NCBI RefSeq assembly: GCF_006345805.1
Contig: NC_043022.1
Location: 4,526,001 to 4,590,000, forward strand
Reading direction: 5' to 3'
DNA from: Octopus sinensis
Taxonomy: Eukaryota
Length of the DNA: 64,000 nt
Part shown: positions 12,818-26,214 of the stretch, piece by piece
How positions within the stretch are numbered: the first letter of the stretch is position 1
Layout: each line of letters begins with the position of its first letter
Position numbers and translations under genes: made by a program
Notes under the pieces: model-generated
What the model saw: the letters and a program-made list of their open reading frames with translations, nothing else
What the model was told of the DNA's origin: nothing
Databases searched by the model: none

Positions 12818-12852
<35 letters not shown>

Positions 12853-12854
<2 letters not shown>

Positions 12855-13275
12855 GGCCAACAGACCAGATATAGTTGTCAGAGATCATGAAGAAAAAAAT
12901 GCTTTCTAATTGATGTATCAATACCGGCAGATGACAACGTGTCTCTAAAAGAAATGGAGAAACTCTCAAAATACAAAGACCTGGAAATAGAGGTAACTAG
13001 AATGTGGAACCTGAAAACAGAAACAATTCCTATCATAGTAGTGCATTAGGCATGATAAAAAAATATTCAGACAATACATAACAAAAACACCAGGACTTAC
13101 AAACACATATAACATACAGAAAATTGCACTACTAGGCACTGCACACATCCTACGCAGAACACTTTCTATACAGTAACCGTCAGAGCATCACAACAAATCA
13201 CAGCACATACCCAAGGCACACAGAGCTGCACTCGGTAGTGAAGTGAAAGCACGTTATAAAAATAAAACTACTGAA
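12853..13275 (+). mobile_element. 5'-truncated R4/Dong-like RLE retrotransposon
   Basis: Reads KANRPDIVVRD...LIDVSIPADDNVSLKEMEKLSKYKDLE...LLGTAHILRRTLSIQ* (PD..D restriction-like endonuclease) once small frameshifts are allowed. Flanked by (AAT)n. Confidence 0.8.
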
Positions 13276-13304
13276 TAATAATAATAAAAATAATAATAAT
13301 AATG

Positions 13305-13366
<62 letters not shown>

Positions 13367-13578
13367 AAAATATTCAGACAAATACATAACAAAAACACCA
13401 GGACTTACAAACACATATAACATACAGAAAATTGCACTACTAGGCACTGCACACATCCTACGCAGAACACTTTCTATACAGTAACCGTCAGAGCATCACA
13501 ACAAATCACAGCACATACCCAAGGCACACAGAGCTGCACTCGGTAGTGAAGTGAAAGCACGTTATAAAAATAAAACTA

Positions 13579-13581
<3 letters not shown>
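13367..13581 (+). mobile_element. Second, shorter copy of the same R4/Dong-like 3' end
   Basis: Essentially identical to 13060-13275, with (AAT)n on both sides. Confidence 0.85.
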
Positions 13582-13632
<51 letters not shown>

Positions 13633-13633
<1 letters not shown>

Positions 13634-14690
13634 TCAATAATAGCTGCACAAGATCAAGCATTAAGGACTAATTGGATAAAAGCCAAAAAAGACAAAAACC
13701 AAGTAGATTCCCAATACAGATTATGCAAATCAAGAGGAAAGCATTACTTATATAGTAAGTGAATATAGCATGCTGGCACGGAAACAATACAAGAAAAGAC
13801 ATGACAATATAGGGGCAGAAATCCACAGTGAGTTATGTAGACAGCAAGGATTTGAACATACTAATAAATGGTATTTCTTTTCTTTCTTTCTTTTTCTTGT
13901 TTCAGTCATTTGACTGCGGCCATGCTGGAGCACCGCCTTTAATCGAGCAACTCGACCCCGGGACTTATTCTTTGTAAGCCCAGTACTTATTCTATCGGTC
14001 TCCTTTTGCCGAACCGCTAAGTGACGGGGACATAAACACACCAGCATCGGTTGTCAAGCAATGCTAGGGGGATGAACGCAGACACACAAACATATACATA
14101 TATACGACGGGGCTTCTTTCAGTTTCCGTCTACCAAATCCACTCACAAGGCTTTGGTCGGCCCGAAGCTATAGAAGAAGACACTTGCCCAAGGTGCCACG
14201 CAGTGGGACTGAACCCAGAACCATGTGGCTGGTAAACAAGCTACTTACCACACAGCCACTCCTGCACCTATATGAACATGAACCTAGTAAAAAGATGTTG
14301 TGGGACTTTACTATTCAGACAGAGTAGCCTGATTTAGTAGTTGTAGATAAAGAGAATAGAGAGTGCCAGATAATTGACTTTACAGTCCCAAATGATGGAA
14401 AAATTAATACGTGAAGTATAGAAAAAATAGCAAAATACCAGGACCTAGTTATTGAATTACAGAGACTATGGAAAGTGCGGGTAAAATGTATCCCAGTAAT
14501 TATAGGTGTATTGGGAACTATCCCTAAAGATCTGAACAGATGGATAGAGGAAAGGGGCATAAAACCCAGTTTAGTATAATTGCAAAAAACAGTGTTCTTA
14601 GGGACAGCTGGGGTACTTAGGAGGGTTCTTGGCATCTTAGGTTACTTGCTGTAGCCCAGTGCTAGGATTCTTTTCTTTTACCAACAGTCT
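13633..14690 (+). mobile_element. R4/Dong-like RLE relic (different family), interrupted by a SINE at 13875-14268
   Basis: Reads IIAAQDQALRTNWIKAK...YRLCK...KKRHDNI...KWY | YEHEP...PDLVVVDKENRECQIIDFTVPND...KYQDL...LGTAGVLRRVLGI*. Confidence 0.75.
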
Positions 14691-14740
14691 GGTCTGTTGA
14701 GTATATATGAAAATAATAATATAATAATAATAATAATAAT

Positions 14741-14900
14741 AGTGAAAATAGTGCCAGCTATTGTTGGGTCTTTGGGGACAGTATCAGAAGGCATCAAGAA
14801 GAATATAAAGGAAATTGGAATAGAGTGCCCAGTAGAACTGTTACAAAAGGTTTACCTTGTTGGCACAGCCAGAATAATCAGGAAAGTGAAGCTATAGAGT
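14741..14900 (+). mobile_element. R4/Dong-like RLE C-terminal relic (third family)
   Basis: Reads VKIVPAIVGSLGTV...LLQKVYLVGTARIIRKV immediately after (AAT)n. Confidence 0.65.
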
Positions 14901-15087
14901 CATACATGAGCAATCAACTGTGAGTGCCTTGTACCTTATAGCAGAAACAGCTGTAAGCTAATGGAATATTCTTTATTCCTTTGTCATTCCAATGTCTTAT
15001 TACTGCTCTGTACTCGACTGATGCTTCGTTCTGAAACATAAGCGTCTTGAGTTCAAACTGTAGGTTATTCGTATTGTTATGCCCAAG

Positions 15088-15442
15088 TGAAGGCGCATGG
15101 CTCAGAGTGAAGGCACATGGCTCAGTGGTTAGAGCGTCGAACTTACGATCGTGAGGTTGTGAGCTCGAATCCCGGACCGGGCTGCGTGTTGTGTTCTTGA
15201 GCAAGGCACTTTATTTCACATTGCTCCAGTTCACTCAGCTGTAGAAATGAGTTGCAACGTCACAGGTGCCATGCTGTATCGACCTTTGTCTTTCCCTTGG
15301 ATAACACTGGTGGCGTAGAGAGGGGAGGCTGGTATGCATGGGCGACTGATGGTCTTCCATAAACAACCTTGCCCAGACTTGTGCCATGGAGGGTAACTTT
15401 CTAGGTGCAATCCCATGGTCTGTGTCATGACCGAAGGGGGTT
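15088..15442 (+). mobile_element. tRNA-derived SINE
   Basis: A box TGGCTCAGTGG, B-box-like GCTCGAATCC, and central CTTGAGCAAGGCACTTTA motif. Confidence 0.75.
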
Positions 15443-16592
15443 TCTGATTTATGCCCAAGTGAAATATTGAAATATATCTTTGAATCGTTAGCTGCTGGTG
15501 AGGAGGAGACAAAGGTCTTACAGAGTGATGCTGAGACAATTTTGGCCTTTCTGATGATTTTAGAAATATGCTTCGTCCATCAGAGATCATTGTTGGCCTT
15601 ATTAATATAGAGTTGATGGTGAAGTTGGCTTCATTTTAGATCATTCCACTTGAAGCTGCATCTCCTAAGAACCTATCGGCTTTGATGTGGAAATGGAAAT
15701 AATAATACAGAGGAATGGGAGAAGAGTGATGGGGGGGTGGAGGTGTACATTAATTAATTAATTAAGGAGGAGACAAGAAGATAGACAATTAATTAGGTTA
15801 ATAAATTAGTGGATTGACAACAGATGTTGTACATGATGATGATGATGGTGATGGTGATGATAGGATGGTGATGGTGGTGTTGATGATGATCATGTTGGCG
15901 ATGATGAGGAGGAGAAGGAGAGGAAAAGTAGGAGGACGATGATGATTAGTTCATGTAGATGTATGAATGTGTGTGTGTACGCATTTATATTTGGGTGTGC
16001 ACACACACACGTGCGCGCATGAGTGTGTGTATGAAGGAATGTGTATGACTGCATGCATATACTCTTTTGCTCATTTACACCTTTCAGTTATTTGATTGCA
16101 GCCATGCTGGAGCACTACCTTTAGTCGAAGAAATCAGCCCCAGGACTTATTCTTTGTAAGACTATCAGTCTCCCTGCAGAACCGCTATTACAGGGATGTA
16201 AACGTACCAACATCAGTTGTCAAGCGATGTTGAGTGGACAAACACAGACACACAAACGCACGCACACACACACATATAAGATAGACTTCTTTCAGTTTCC
16301 ATCTACTAAATCCACTCACAAGGCTTCGGTCAGCCCAGGGCTATAGTAGAAGACACTTACCCAAGGTGCCACATACAGTGGGACCAAACCCAGAACCATG
16401 TGGTTGGTAAGCAAGCTTCTTACCATACAGCCATGCCTGTGCCTATATATGTAAATGAATGTGTATGTGTGTGTGTATTTATATGTGTGTGTGCATGTGT
16501 GTAGCAATGCATGTGTGCAGGCATATATGTGTATTTAATGTGTATGTATATACACACACTATAGTAACAGTCCAGATGCTTATTGATCAGAC

Positions 16593-16640
<48 letters not shown>

Positions 16641-16644
16641 TACA

Positions 16645-17510
16645 CACTAGGTCTGATCAATAAGACTGTTGCCATAGTAACGAAGTGAAATCACGCAGAG
16701 TGAAGCTGCTTGACAAAGACTGACATTGAACTTTGCTATGCATGCGCACTAAGTTTTAACATTCTAGCTCACTTCCACAGTTTACAGCAGTGCTTGGAAG
16801 GAAGGTGTGTAGCGTGTGATCATCACATTGACCACAACAGGGAGAGCTGTGATGGCAACACCTGCTCAGAGGCTGATGCAAAGTGTATGGAGAGGAGTGT
16901 ATGTGCTACACACAAGTGTATGAGTGGTTCAAAGGTTTCCAAGATGGCTGAAAGAATGTTGATATTGACGAATGGTCTGGGAGACACGTAACCAGCAGAA
17001 CTGAGAGAGTTGTCTATGCAGCTGTGAGTGGAAATCATCGAATCACCCATCCGTGAGTTATCAGAGGATGTTCAGATTAGTTACGGTTCAGTTCAGTCCA
17101 TTATCACTGAAGATTTGGGTATGAGACATGTGTGTACCAAAACTGCTTTCAGCTGACCAAAAAGACACTCGAGGTTTCAATTGCACAACATCTCTTTGAT
17201 TGTGTTGAGAATGATGAAAACATTTTGAAGACTTTGTGTAGGCCTCTGAGCAGGTATCACTAAGCTTTTGGCATCATTTGATGCAGATTCTCTGCTCATC
17301 TTTCTCTGTCATCACCATTGCAATGATCACACGCTACACACCTTCCTTCCAAGCATTGCTGTAAACAGCAGAAGTGAGCTAGAACGTTAACACTTAGTGT
17401 GCCAGCACAGCAGAGTTCAAGGTCAATCTGTGTCATGTGGCTTCACTCTGTGTGCTTTAGCTTTGTTACTACGGCAACAGTCCGGATACTTATTGATCAG
17501 ACCATTTGTG
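16645..17510. mobile_element. Mariner-derived element with two inverted 5' ends (long inverted arms)
   Basis: GGTCTGATCAATAAG termini. 16650-16885 is inverted against 17230-17503. Transposase relic reads QVYEWFKGF..., IRELSEDVQISYGSVQSIITEDLGMRHV. Confidence 0.8.
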
Positions 17511-17800
17511 CATATATATACATATATGCATATACATACATATATATATACACACACACACACATATATGTATGTATGTATATATGTATGTATGTATGTA
17601 TGTATATATATATGCATGCATGTATATATGTATGTATGTATGTGTGTATGTATGTATGTATGTGTGTATGTATGTATGTATGTGTGTATATATGTATGTG
17701 TCTGTATGTGTATGTATGTGTGTGCATGTATGTATGTATGTATGTATGTATGCATGCATGTATGTATGTGTGTGTGTGTATGTATGCATGTGTGTATGTA
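17500..17800. repeat. (TATG)n/(TG)n microsatellite
   Basis: Read directly. Similar tracts at 40900-41255 and 41535-42050. Confidence 0.95.
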
Positions 17801-18582
17801 TGATCCTCATTGTTTTAATGTCCACTTCTTTATGTTTGCATGTCTTGAAGGGGGACGTTTACTGCAGTAGATTCTCCAAATCCCAAGAATGCCCTTCCAG
17901 TCGCCAACCCTCAACTGTTTCCAAGCAAACTAATATTTCCCAAACGGCCAGACATGTTGTTCACAGAATATTGGCAATGAACGACACTGCTTGCGTGACA
18001 GGGACTCTCATTTACAACTGTCGTACAATGTCAAGACAAGGAGACACAAACATAGACAGTCATACACACACATATATACATATGTGCATGCACACGCACA
18101 CACACTCACATGCACACACACGCACATAAATATGCATATATACAGGTGCAAGAGTGGCTGTGTGGTAAGAAGCTTGCCTCCCAATCCTATGGATCTAGGT
18201 TCAATACCTCACATTGCCGTGCCATTCTTTCTTGTCAAATGAGATGGAGACATAGATTTCATCACAGAATTATTGAATTAGAGGAGAATTCCAGATCCAA
18301 GAGAACCCTTAACCCAAAACTGTTGCACCAAATGACCTCAAAAATGTTACCCTAAACATTATCAGATGTTATTTGACATTGCAACAAAACACACACACAC
18401 ACATACACACAAAATCGTGGTTGTGTGGTAAGAAGCTCACTGACCAACCACATGGTTCTGGGTTCAGTTCCACTGCTTGGCACCTTGGGCAAGTGTCTTC
18501 TACTATAGCTTCAGGCCGACCAATGCCTTGTGAGTGGATTTGGTAGACGGAAACTGGAGGAAGCCCATTGTATATATGTATA

Positions 18583-18630
<48 letters not shown>

Positions 18631-18642
18631 ATATATATATAT

Positions 18643-18901
18643 GCCGCTGGCACGTTAAAAGCTCGAACCGATCGTGACCGATGCTGGACCCCCCCGGCCC
18701 CTGTGCAGGTGGCACGTAAAAAGCACCCACTCCACTCGCGGAGTGGTTGGCGTTAGGAAGGGCATCCAGCCGTAGAAACTCTGCCAGATCAGACTGGAGC
18801 CTGGAGCGGCCCCTGGCTTCCCAGACCCCGGTCGAACCGTCCAACCCGTGCTAGCGCGGAAAACGGACGTTAAACGATGATGATGATGATGATGATGATG
18901 A
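18643..18901 (+). mobile_element. 5'-truncated RTE LINE inside the internal (TA)n of a SINE
   Basis: RTE 3' end with (TGA)n tail. The two SINE-A halves lie at 18415-18600 and 18925-19145. Confidence 0.85.
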
Positions 18902-19544
18902 GGATATATATATATACATGTGTGTGTGTGTGCGTGCACGCGCCTGTGTTTTCCTCCCAGAATTGCTTAACAACCAATGCTGGCATGTCTATGTCCCCGT
19001 AACTTAGCAGTTCAGCAAAAGAGACCAATAGAATAAGTACTAGGCTTACAAAGAATAAGTCCTGGGGTCGATTTGTACAACAAAAACACTTCGAGGCCGT
19101 GCTCCAGCATGGCCACAGCTAAATGACTGAAACAAATAGAAGGAAAGAACAAAATCAATTGTGTTTTTTTTTGTTTGTTGTGTTGGGTTGAGTTTCTTGT
19201 TTAAGATTGATTTTATATAAGTTTCTATTGAAGTTTCTATTGTGCCAAGGCCACAAACCTTTTGATGTCGGACACAAAGGCTTCTCAATCAATCCCTGAC
19301 ACTTGAATGTCGCTTCATTTGATCATTGCCTCTTGTATTTATTCACACTCTCATTGTTCACGCCTTTAAATCAATTGTCTTTGGCCGGACATTATTATTC
19401 CTTTACAAGATTCTGGATTTTCTCTCATCTAAAAAACATAAAATTTTTTGTTTCAAGGCGTTGATAAAGTGGAGCCTTTCACCCCCACCCCACCAGCAGC
19501 CCCCTTTGCTAGTGGATTGTGGGGATTATATCATCATAGTTGTC

Positions 19545-19825
19545 ATCACCACTAAAACCACCACCACCACCACCACCATCACCACCACCACCACCATCAC
19601 CATCATCACCACCACCACCATCACCACCATCACCACCACCACCATCACCACCATCACCACCACCACCACTACCACCATCATCACCACCACCACCACCACC
19701 ACTAGCCTCCACCACCACCACCACCGCTGCCACTACCACCACCACCACCACCACCATCATCACCACCACCATCACCACCACCACCACCACCACCACCATC
19801 ATCATCACCACCACCAACATCATCA
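19545..19825. repeat. (CAC)n/(CAT)n microsatellite
   Basis: Read directly from the sequence. Confidence 0.95.
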
Positions 19826-20598
19826 TTTAGGGTCTGCTTTCCATGCAGGCATGGGTTAGACAGTTTGACTGGAATTGGTAAGCATGGCTTCTACGGCTGG
19901 ATGCCCTTCCTAATGGCAACCACTCCAAGAGAAGTAACAGATGCTTTTTATGTGCCACTTACATGACACCAGTATCAGCCACAACCATGAGTTCACTTGG
20001 CTTGGTCTTCCCAAGCATAACACCAAGCCAAAGATCTCAACCACTTAAACCCACAATATATGTGTGTGTGTGTATGTGTGTGTGTGTGTGTGTGTATGTG
20101 TGTATGTGTGTGTGTGTATGTGTGTGTGTGTGTGTATGTGTGGTAAGAAGTTTCCTTCCAAGCCACATGGTTCTGTGTTCAGTCCCACTGCGTGGCACCT
20201 TGAGCGAATGTCTTCTACAATAGCCTTGGACTGACCAAAGTTCTGTGAGTGGATTTGGTAGTCACCAACTAAAAGAAGTCTGCTGTATATAAATATATAC
20301 ACAAACAGTATCGCCCAGCGTTGCGGTTTGTTTCGACCCTTTAGAATTGGAATTTTTGAAAAGTAAAACTTTGGCAGTATGTAGCTTGTTATTCTCTTTA
20401 AGTGAAATACACCGAAAAATGGCAACACTGCAGTCAAAACATCGTAAAAAATAGGGATTTTCATAGAAAAAAGGCACCTTTTTGATGTAAATAATTTTTG
20501 GTGTTAACATGGTCCGATTTGAATTTTTTCTTCTACGGAAGGAAGAGTTAGCCTTCTTCTATCATACTGTCATATGTATATATGTATATATATATATG

Positions 20599-20666
<68 letters not shown>

Positions 20667-20685
20667 CATACATATATATATGGTG

Positions 20686-20760
<75 letters not shown>

Positions 20761-20820
20761 TATACCGTCCAACCCATGCTAGCATGGAAAGCGGACACTA
20801 AACGATGATGATGATGATAA

Positions 20821-20854
<34 letters not shown>

Positions 20855-21529
20855 GGAAAAATCCATCCAGGCTACATCCCAAAAATTCATTTCTTTGCCG
20901 AATTTCTACAATGTTTATGGCGATTCATTTTTATATCTTGATTTTTTATTTTTCATGCAATTTACGCATGCTTGCACGCGTGGTGAACACAGATCACGTC
21001 AAACAGCTGACTGAGTAAAGTTCACTATTCAATGCATGGGATAAGGCCTAAACAAACACATTATCGATTTTTGCACTTGCGAGATGAATTTCGGAACAGA
21101 AATAGCACAGTTCAATTTTCAATCGCCTAAACTTTAAGTGACCCATTTTTGGTGGTTCTACGATTTGTTGGCTAGGAGGAGATGTGTCGGGAAGTTAAAC
21201 ACACAGACACACAAGTTGAGTTTTATATATAGAGAAATATACATACATGTGTGTGTGTATGTCTGTGTGTCTGTGTTTGTCCCCGCCACAGACCCAAAGC
21301 AGATCATGAACTGTGAAGAGATGACATCGATGAGGTTGTGAATAGCAACGAAAGAACCTGGACAAACAAACAACTAATGGCACATTAAACAAACGATTGA
21401 TTAGTTGGTTGGTTAGATTTTTAACCACCCAACAATCAATAAAGAAGTGATATTGAACTGGTTTAAGGCATGGAACTGGCAGGATTGTTAGCGCACTGAG
21501 CAAAATGCTTATCGGTATTTCATCTGTTC

Positions 21530-21775
21530 AAAGGCGGTGAGCTGGCAGAAACGTTAGCACGCTGGGCGAAATGCTTAGCGGTATTTCGTCTGCCATTATG
21601 TTCTGAGTTCAAATTTCGCCGAGGTCGACTTTGCCTTTCATCCTTTCGGGGTCGATTAAATAAGTACCAGTTACTTACTGGGGTCGATATAATCGACTTA
21701 ATCCGTGTGTCTGACCTTGTTTGTCCCCTCTATGTTTAGCTCCTTGTGGGTAGTAAAGAAATAGGTATTTCATCT
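21530..21775 (+). mobile_element. tRNA-derived SINE with CCTTTCATCCTTTCGGGGTCGAT central domain
   Basis: tRNA-like head. The central motif resembles Deu/Nin-type conserved SINE domains (from memory, not aligned). Minus-strand copies at about 8690-8880 and 48800-48920. Confidence 0.65.
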
Positions 21776-23113
21776 GTTCTAACATTCTGAGTTCAAATCC
21801 TGCCATGGTTGAATTTGCCTTTCATCTTTCCAGGGTTGATAATTAATGTCTGCTTTCCATGTTGGCATGGGCTGAATGGTTTCACTGAAACTGGTGAGGT
21901 GGAGAGCTGTACCAGGTTCCTGTCTGATTTGGCATGGTTTCCATGGCTGGATGCCCTTCATAGCGCCAACCACTCCAAGAGTGTAATGGGTGCTTTTTAT
22001 GTGCCACTTGTACAGGTGCCAGTCATGTGATACTGGCATTGGCCACAACTACCATTTGACTTGGCTTAATGGGTCTTCTCAAGCATTGGTCACTTGCCAT
22101 GGCCCCTGTGAGGCCCATGCTTCATCACCATGTGGCGTTATTACCTTCTGAAGACGCAACAAAATTATTTGTCTCAAGACACAAATTCACATCAAGAGTG
22201 TTACCAAACCAAATATAGAAATGAAGTAAGGCGCAGGAGTGGCTGTGTGGTAAGTAGCTTGCTTACCAACCACATGGTTCCGGGTTCAGTCCCATTGTGT
22301 GACACCTTGGGCAAGCGTGTTCTACTATAGCCTCGGGCCAACCAAAGCCTTGTGAGTGGATTTGGTAGACGGAAACTGAAAGAAGCCCGTCGTATATATG
22401 TATATATATATATGCGTGTGTGTGTTTGTGTGTCTGTGTTTGTCCCCCTAGCATTGCTTGACAACCGATGCTGGTGTGTTTATGTCCCCGTTACTTAGCG
22501 GTTCGGCAAAAGAGACCGATAGAATAAGTACTGGGCTAACAAAAGAATAAGTCCCGGGGTCGAGTTGCTCGATTAAAGGCGGTGCTCCAGCATGGCCGCA
22601 GTCAAAAGACTGAAACAAGTAAAAGAGAGAAAAGAGAAAGAGAGAGTAGCAAAGCTAGCAAAAAGCAGAAAGACACTGTGTTCCACTGTCTAAAGATGAG
22701 AAAGGTCACCGAACGGCGCTGCTTCATTAAAGAGTGAAGTCATTGAAAATGTCACAAGCAGTGACAAAAGGACTTTGACTGAGTGCTTAACCAACACATT
22801 GGGCCCTTTAGCATTCATGTGTAATATTTATTTACGTTGTTTTGAACTAATCATGCGTTATCTCATCTCTTTAAGATTTCCATGTTGTGACTACTCTTTT
22901 ACTTGTTTCAGGCATTTGACTGTGGCCATGCTGAAGCACCGCCTTTTGTCAAGCAAATCGATCCCAGGACTTATTCTTTGTAAGCCTAGTACTTATTCTA
23001 TCAGTCGCTTTTGCCGAACCGCTAAGTTACGGGGACGTAAACACACCAGCATCGGTTATCAAGCAATGCTAGGGGGACAAACACAGACACACAAACACAC
23101 ACATATATGTATA

Positions 23114-23301
23114 TCATCATCATCATCATCGTTTAGCGTCCGCTTTCCATGCTGGCATGGGTTGGACGGTTCAACTGGGGTCTGGGAAGCCAGAAGGCTG
23201 CACCAGGGCCAGTCTGATCTGGCAACGTTTCTACGGCTGGATGCCCTTCCTGACGCCAACCACTCCATGAGTGTAGTGGGTGCTTTTTACTTGCCACCGG
23301 C
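23114..23301 (-). mobile_element. 5'-truncated RTE LINE nested in a SINE microsatellite
   Basis: (CAT)n tail with TA repeats on both sides. Confidence 0.85.
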
Positions 23302-23421
23302 ATATATATATATATATTGGTAAAAACGGTAAGATAACAAAAGAAAGAAAGAGACCTCAATATTATGTAAATAGAGGAAATTTATCTATAAAATAATATG
23401 TTACAACTACTCAATAGTCAA

Positions 23422-23482
23422 GATAAAACTCTGAGTTTCAGATGCCGAAGTGGAAATCCACAACACCATCTCTTCGGTTATC
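23422..23482 (-). ncRNA. Degenerate type I hammerhead-like motif
   Basis: Minus strand reads GAUAA-CCGAAGA-GAUG...CAUC-U-GAAA-CU-CAG-AG-U-U-UUAUC. Stems I (5 bp), II and III can be drawn, but the core has U4>C. Confidence 0.45.
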
Positions 23483-23709
23483 TGGCCATCTGAAAAAACG
23501 CTATGAAAAAATACCGTTATATATATATATATGTATATATACATATATACACACATATATACGACAGGCTTCTTTCAGTTTCTGTCTACCAAATCCACTC
23601 ACAAGGCTTTGGTAGGTGCCAGTCTATATTAGACGACACTTGTCCAAGGTGCGACACAATGGGACTGAACCTGGAACCATGTGGTTGGTAAGCAAGCTAC
23701 ATACCACAC

Positions 23710-25665
23710 AGCCACTCCTGTGCCTATTGTTTATTTTGTTTATTTTTAGAATGACATTGTAGGGTAGGTGTGAGAAGCCAGATGCAGCTAGTTTGAACTG
23801 AAAACAGAATATTTAAAATAGATATATTTTACTGATGTATATATCATTAATCTTATATCTTTAGCATTGAAATTACTCTGTTAAATGTGATGATTATTTA
23901 TTTACGTTGTTTTCAATTAATTATGCATTATCTCATAGCTTTGAGATTTCAGTGATTACTTAGTTTGAGGATGACATTGTAGGGTATGTGTGAAAGGCCA
24001 AATCTAACCACCATAAACCTGGTAGAATAATAAATATATGTATGTATTACTAATGTATCTATCATTAACATTCACCCTTTAGCATTCAATTACTCTGTCA
24101 AATTTAATATTGATTCATATTGTTTCCAGTTAATCATGTAATTTTGAGATCTCAATGATGTGATTGTTTATTTTTAGAATGGCATTGTAGGGTAGGTGTG
24201 AGAGGCCAGATCTGGCTGGTGTGACTGTCAAACAAGTAGAAGATTATGGCTGGATATAGCTGATTAAGCCTTTTGCTACCATATTTCTGTTGAGATGCTC
24301 TGTTTCTTTCAATTCATTTAAACATCATCATCATCATCATCATCATCATTTAACGTCCGCTTTCCATGCTAGCATGGGTTGGACAGTTCAACTGGGGTCT
24401 GGGGAGCTCAAAGGCTGCACCAGGCCAGTCAGATCTGGCAGAGTTTCTACAGCTGGATGCCCTTCCTAACGCCAACCACTCCAAGAGTGTAGTGGGTGAT
24501 TTTATGTGCCACTAACACAGGTGCCAGACGAGGCTGGCAGACGGCCACGCTCGGATGGTGTGTTTTATGTGCCACCGACACAGGTGCCAGATGAGGCTGG
24601 CGAACGGCCACGATCGGATGGTGTTTGTTACGTGCCCACAGCACGGAGGCGAGTCGATGCGGTACTGGCTACGGCCACGTTCGGATGGTTTTCTTGTGTG
24701 CCACCGGCACTGGTACCACAAAGATACAAATTCCATTGATGTTCATCTATTTTGATTTGTTATAACAAAGAATTTAGTAAAATAATTTAGTTATCATTAA
24801 GCTAGTGTTAGGAACATAAATTGTGACTAAGGTTTGGTGGAAGATTTTAATTCAGAACTTTTGAAGACAAGACATTTGTACTACAGAACCAGAGATGGTT
24901 TCAGCTGGGTTGGTATCAAAAGGGTTTATTGGCAGATTTTGTTTCACACAGTTGTTTGGCTTGTTAGAAATAGCAGCCAAATCTTGTACAAATTGAAGAC
25001 ACATTTCACTGACTGTCTTTAACCCTTTTGTTACCATATTTCTGTTGAGATTATCTGTGTTTCTTTCAATTATTTTAGATATAACAAAGAATTTGGTAAA
25101 ATAACTTCGTTATCATTAAGCTAGTGTTAGAAACATAAATTGTGACTAAGGTTTGGTGGAAGATTTGAATTCAGAACTTATGAAAACAAGACATTTCTAC
25201 TACAGAACCAGAAGTGGTTTTAGCCAGGTTCGTATCGGAAAGGGTTAATCCTTTAGCATTCAGATTATTCTGTCAAATGTAATTCTGATTTATTCACATC
25301 GCTTTGAATTAATCTTGCATTATCTCATAGCTTCAAGATGTCAAAGCTGTGATTAATTTTAGAATGACATTGTAGGGTAGGTGCAAGAGGCAGGATCTGG
25401 CCAGTTTGAACATAAAACAGGTAGAATATTTGAGCTGGATATGACCTAGTCAACCTTTCAGCCTTAAGATTACTCTGTCAAATGTTCTGCTTGTTTATTT
25501 ATATTGTTTGGAATTAATCATAGCTTTGAGATTTCAATGATGTGAATTGTTTATTTTTAGAATGACATTGTAGGATAGGTGTAAGAGGCTAGATATGGCC
25601 AGTTTGAAGATAAAATAGGTCAACTATTTTGGCTAGACATGGCTGGATTAAAGGCTAAAGGATTA
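23710..25665. mobile_element. Cluster of TTAA-bounded piggyBac-like MITEs (two families), one interrupted by an RTE fragment
   Basis: Repeated ~220-bp units CCCTTTAGCATT...CTAAAGG(G)TTAA and CCCTTTTGTTACC...AAAGGGTT(A/T)A. An intact solo copy lies at 36501-36720. Confidence 0.65.
24323..24759 (-). mobile_element. 5'-truncated RTE LINE
   Basis: Reverse complement of the RTE 3'UTR, with (CAT)n tail. Confidence 0.9.
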
Positions 25666-25888
25666 AGCAAATGATTGATATTTACGCAATTGACTAATAA
25701 TAATAAAGAAGTGATATTACACCAGTGCATGTATTTATTATCATTGGCATAATGACCCTCTCAAGACACAACAAAATCCACGAGTATTTTGTCTAAATAA
25801 ATTATATTCAAAATATGTTTTAAAACTGTTGTTGTTGGCTCAGAGTTGAATACCTGGAGATTAAGCGAAACTTGAGAAGATTATCTGT

Positions 25889-25936
<48 letters not shown>

Positions 25937-26080
25937 TAAATAATAAAAACAACACAAAAGTAATGAAAAATGTTACTCACATTGAACACATCAAACAGGC
26001 ATAGTCGACCATGTACTGTTGTCAGGTGGGTTGTTGATGATAATTACAGGTGAGATTGTGAATGGCAGGTGGATAGATTT

Positions 26081-26131
<51 letters not shown>

Positions 26132-26214
26132 GACCTCTCAACATAACTACACGTTATAACTTGTCTTCTTCTTTATTGAACAAGCACAACATACTTCATT
26201 ACTTGGAATAGATA

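Noticed and set aside
20305-20565. Additional Helitron (minus strand)
   Set aside because: It has the family hairpin (CCCAGCGTTGCGG) but lacks the terminal CTAG and a clear 5' TC boundary, so it was left unannotated.
25850-26015. Two possible minus-strand micro-exons with GTGAGT/GTATTC donors
   Set aside because: Joining them gives stop codons in all frames, and there is no recognisable homology.
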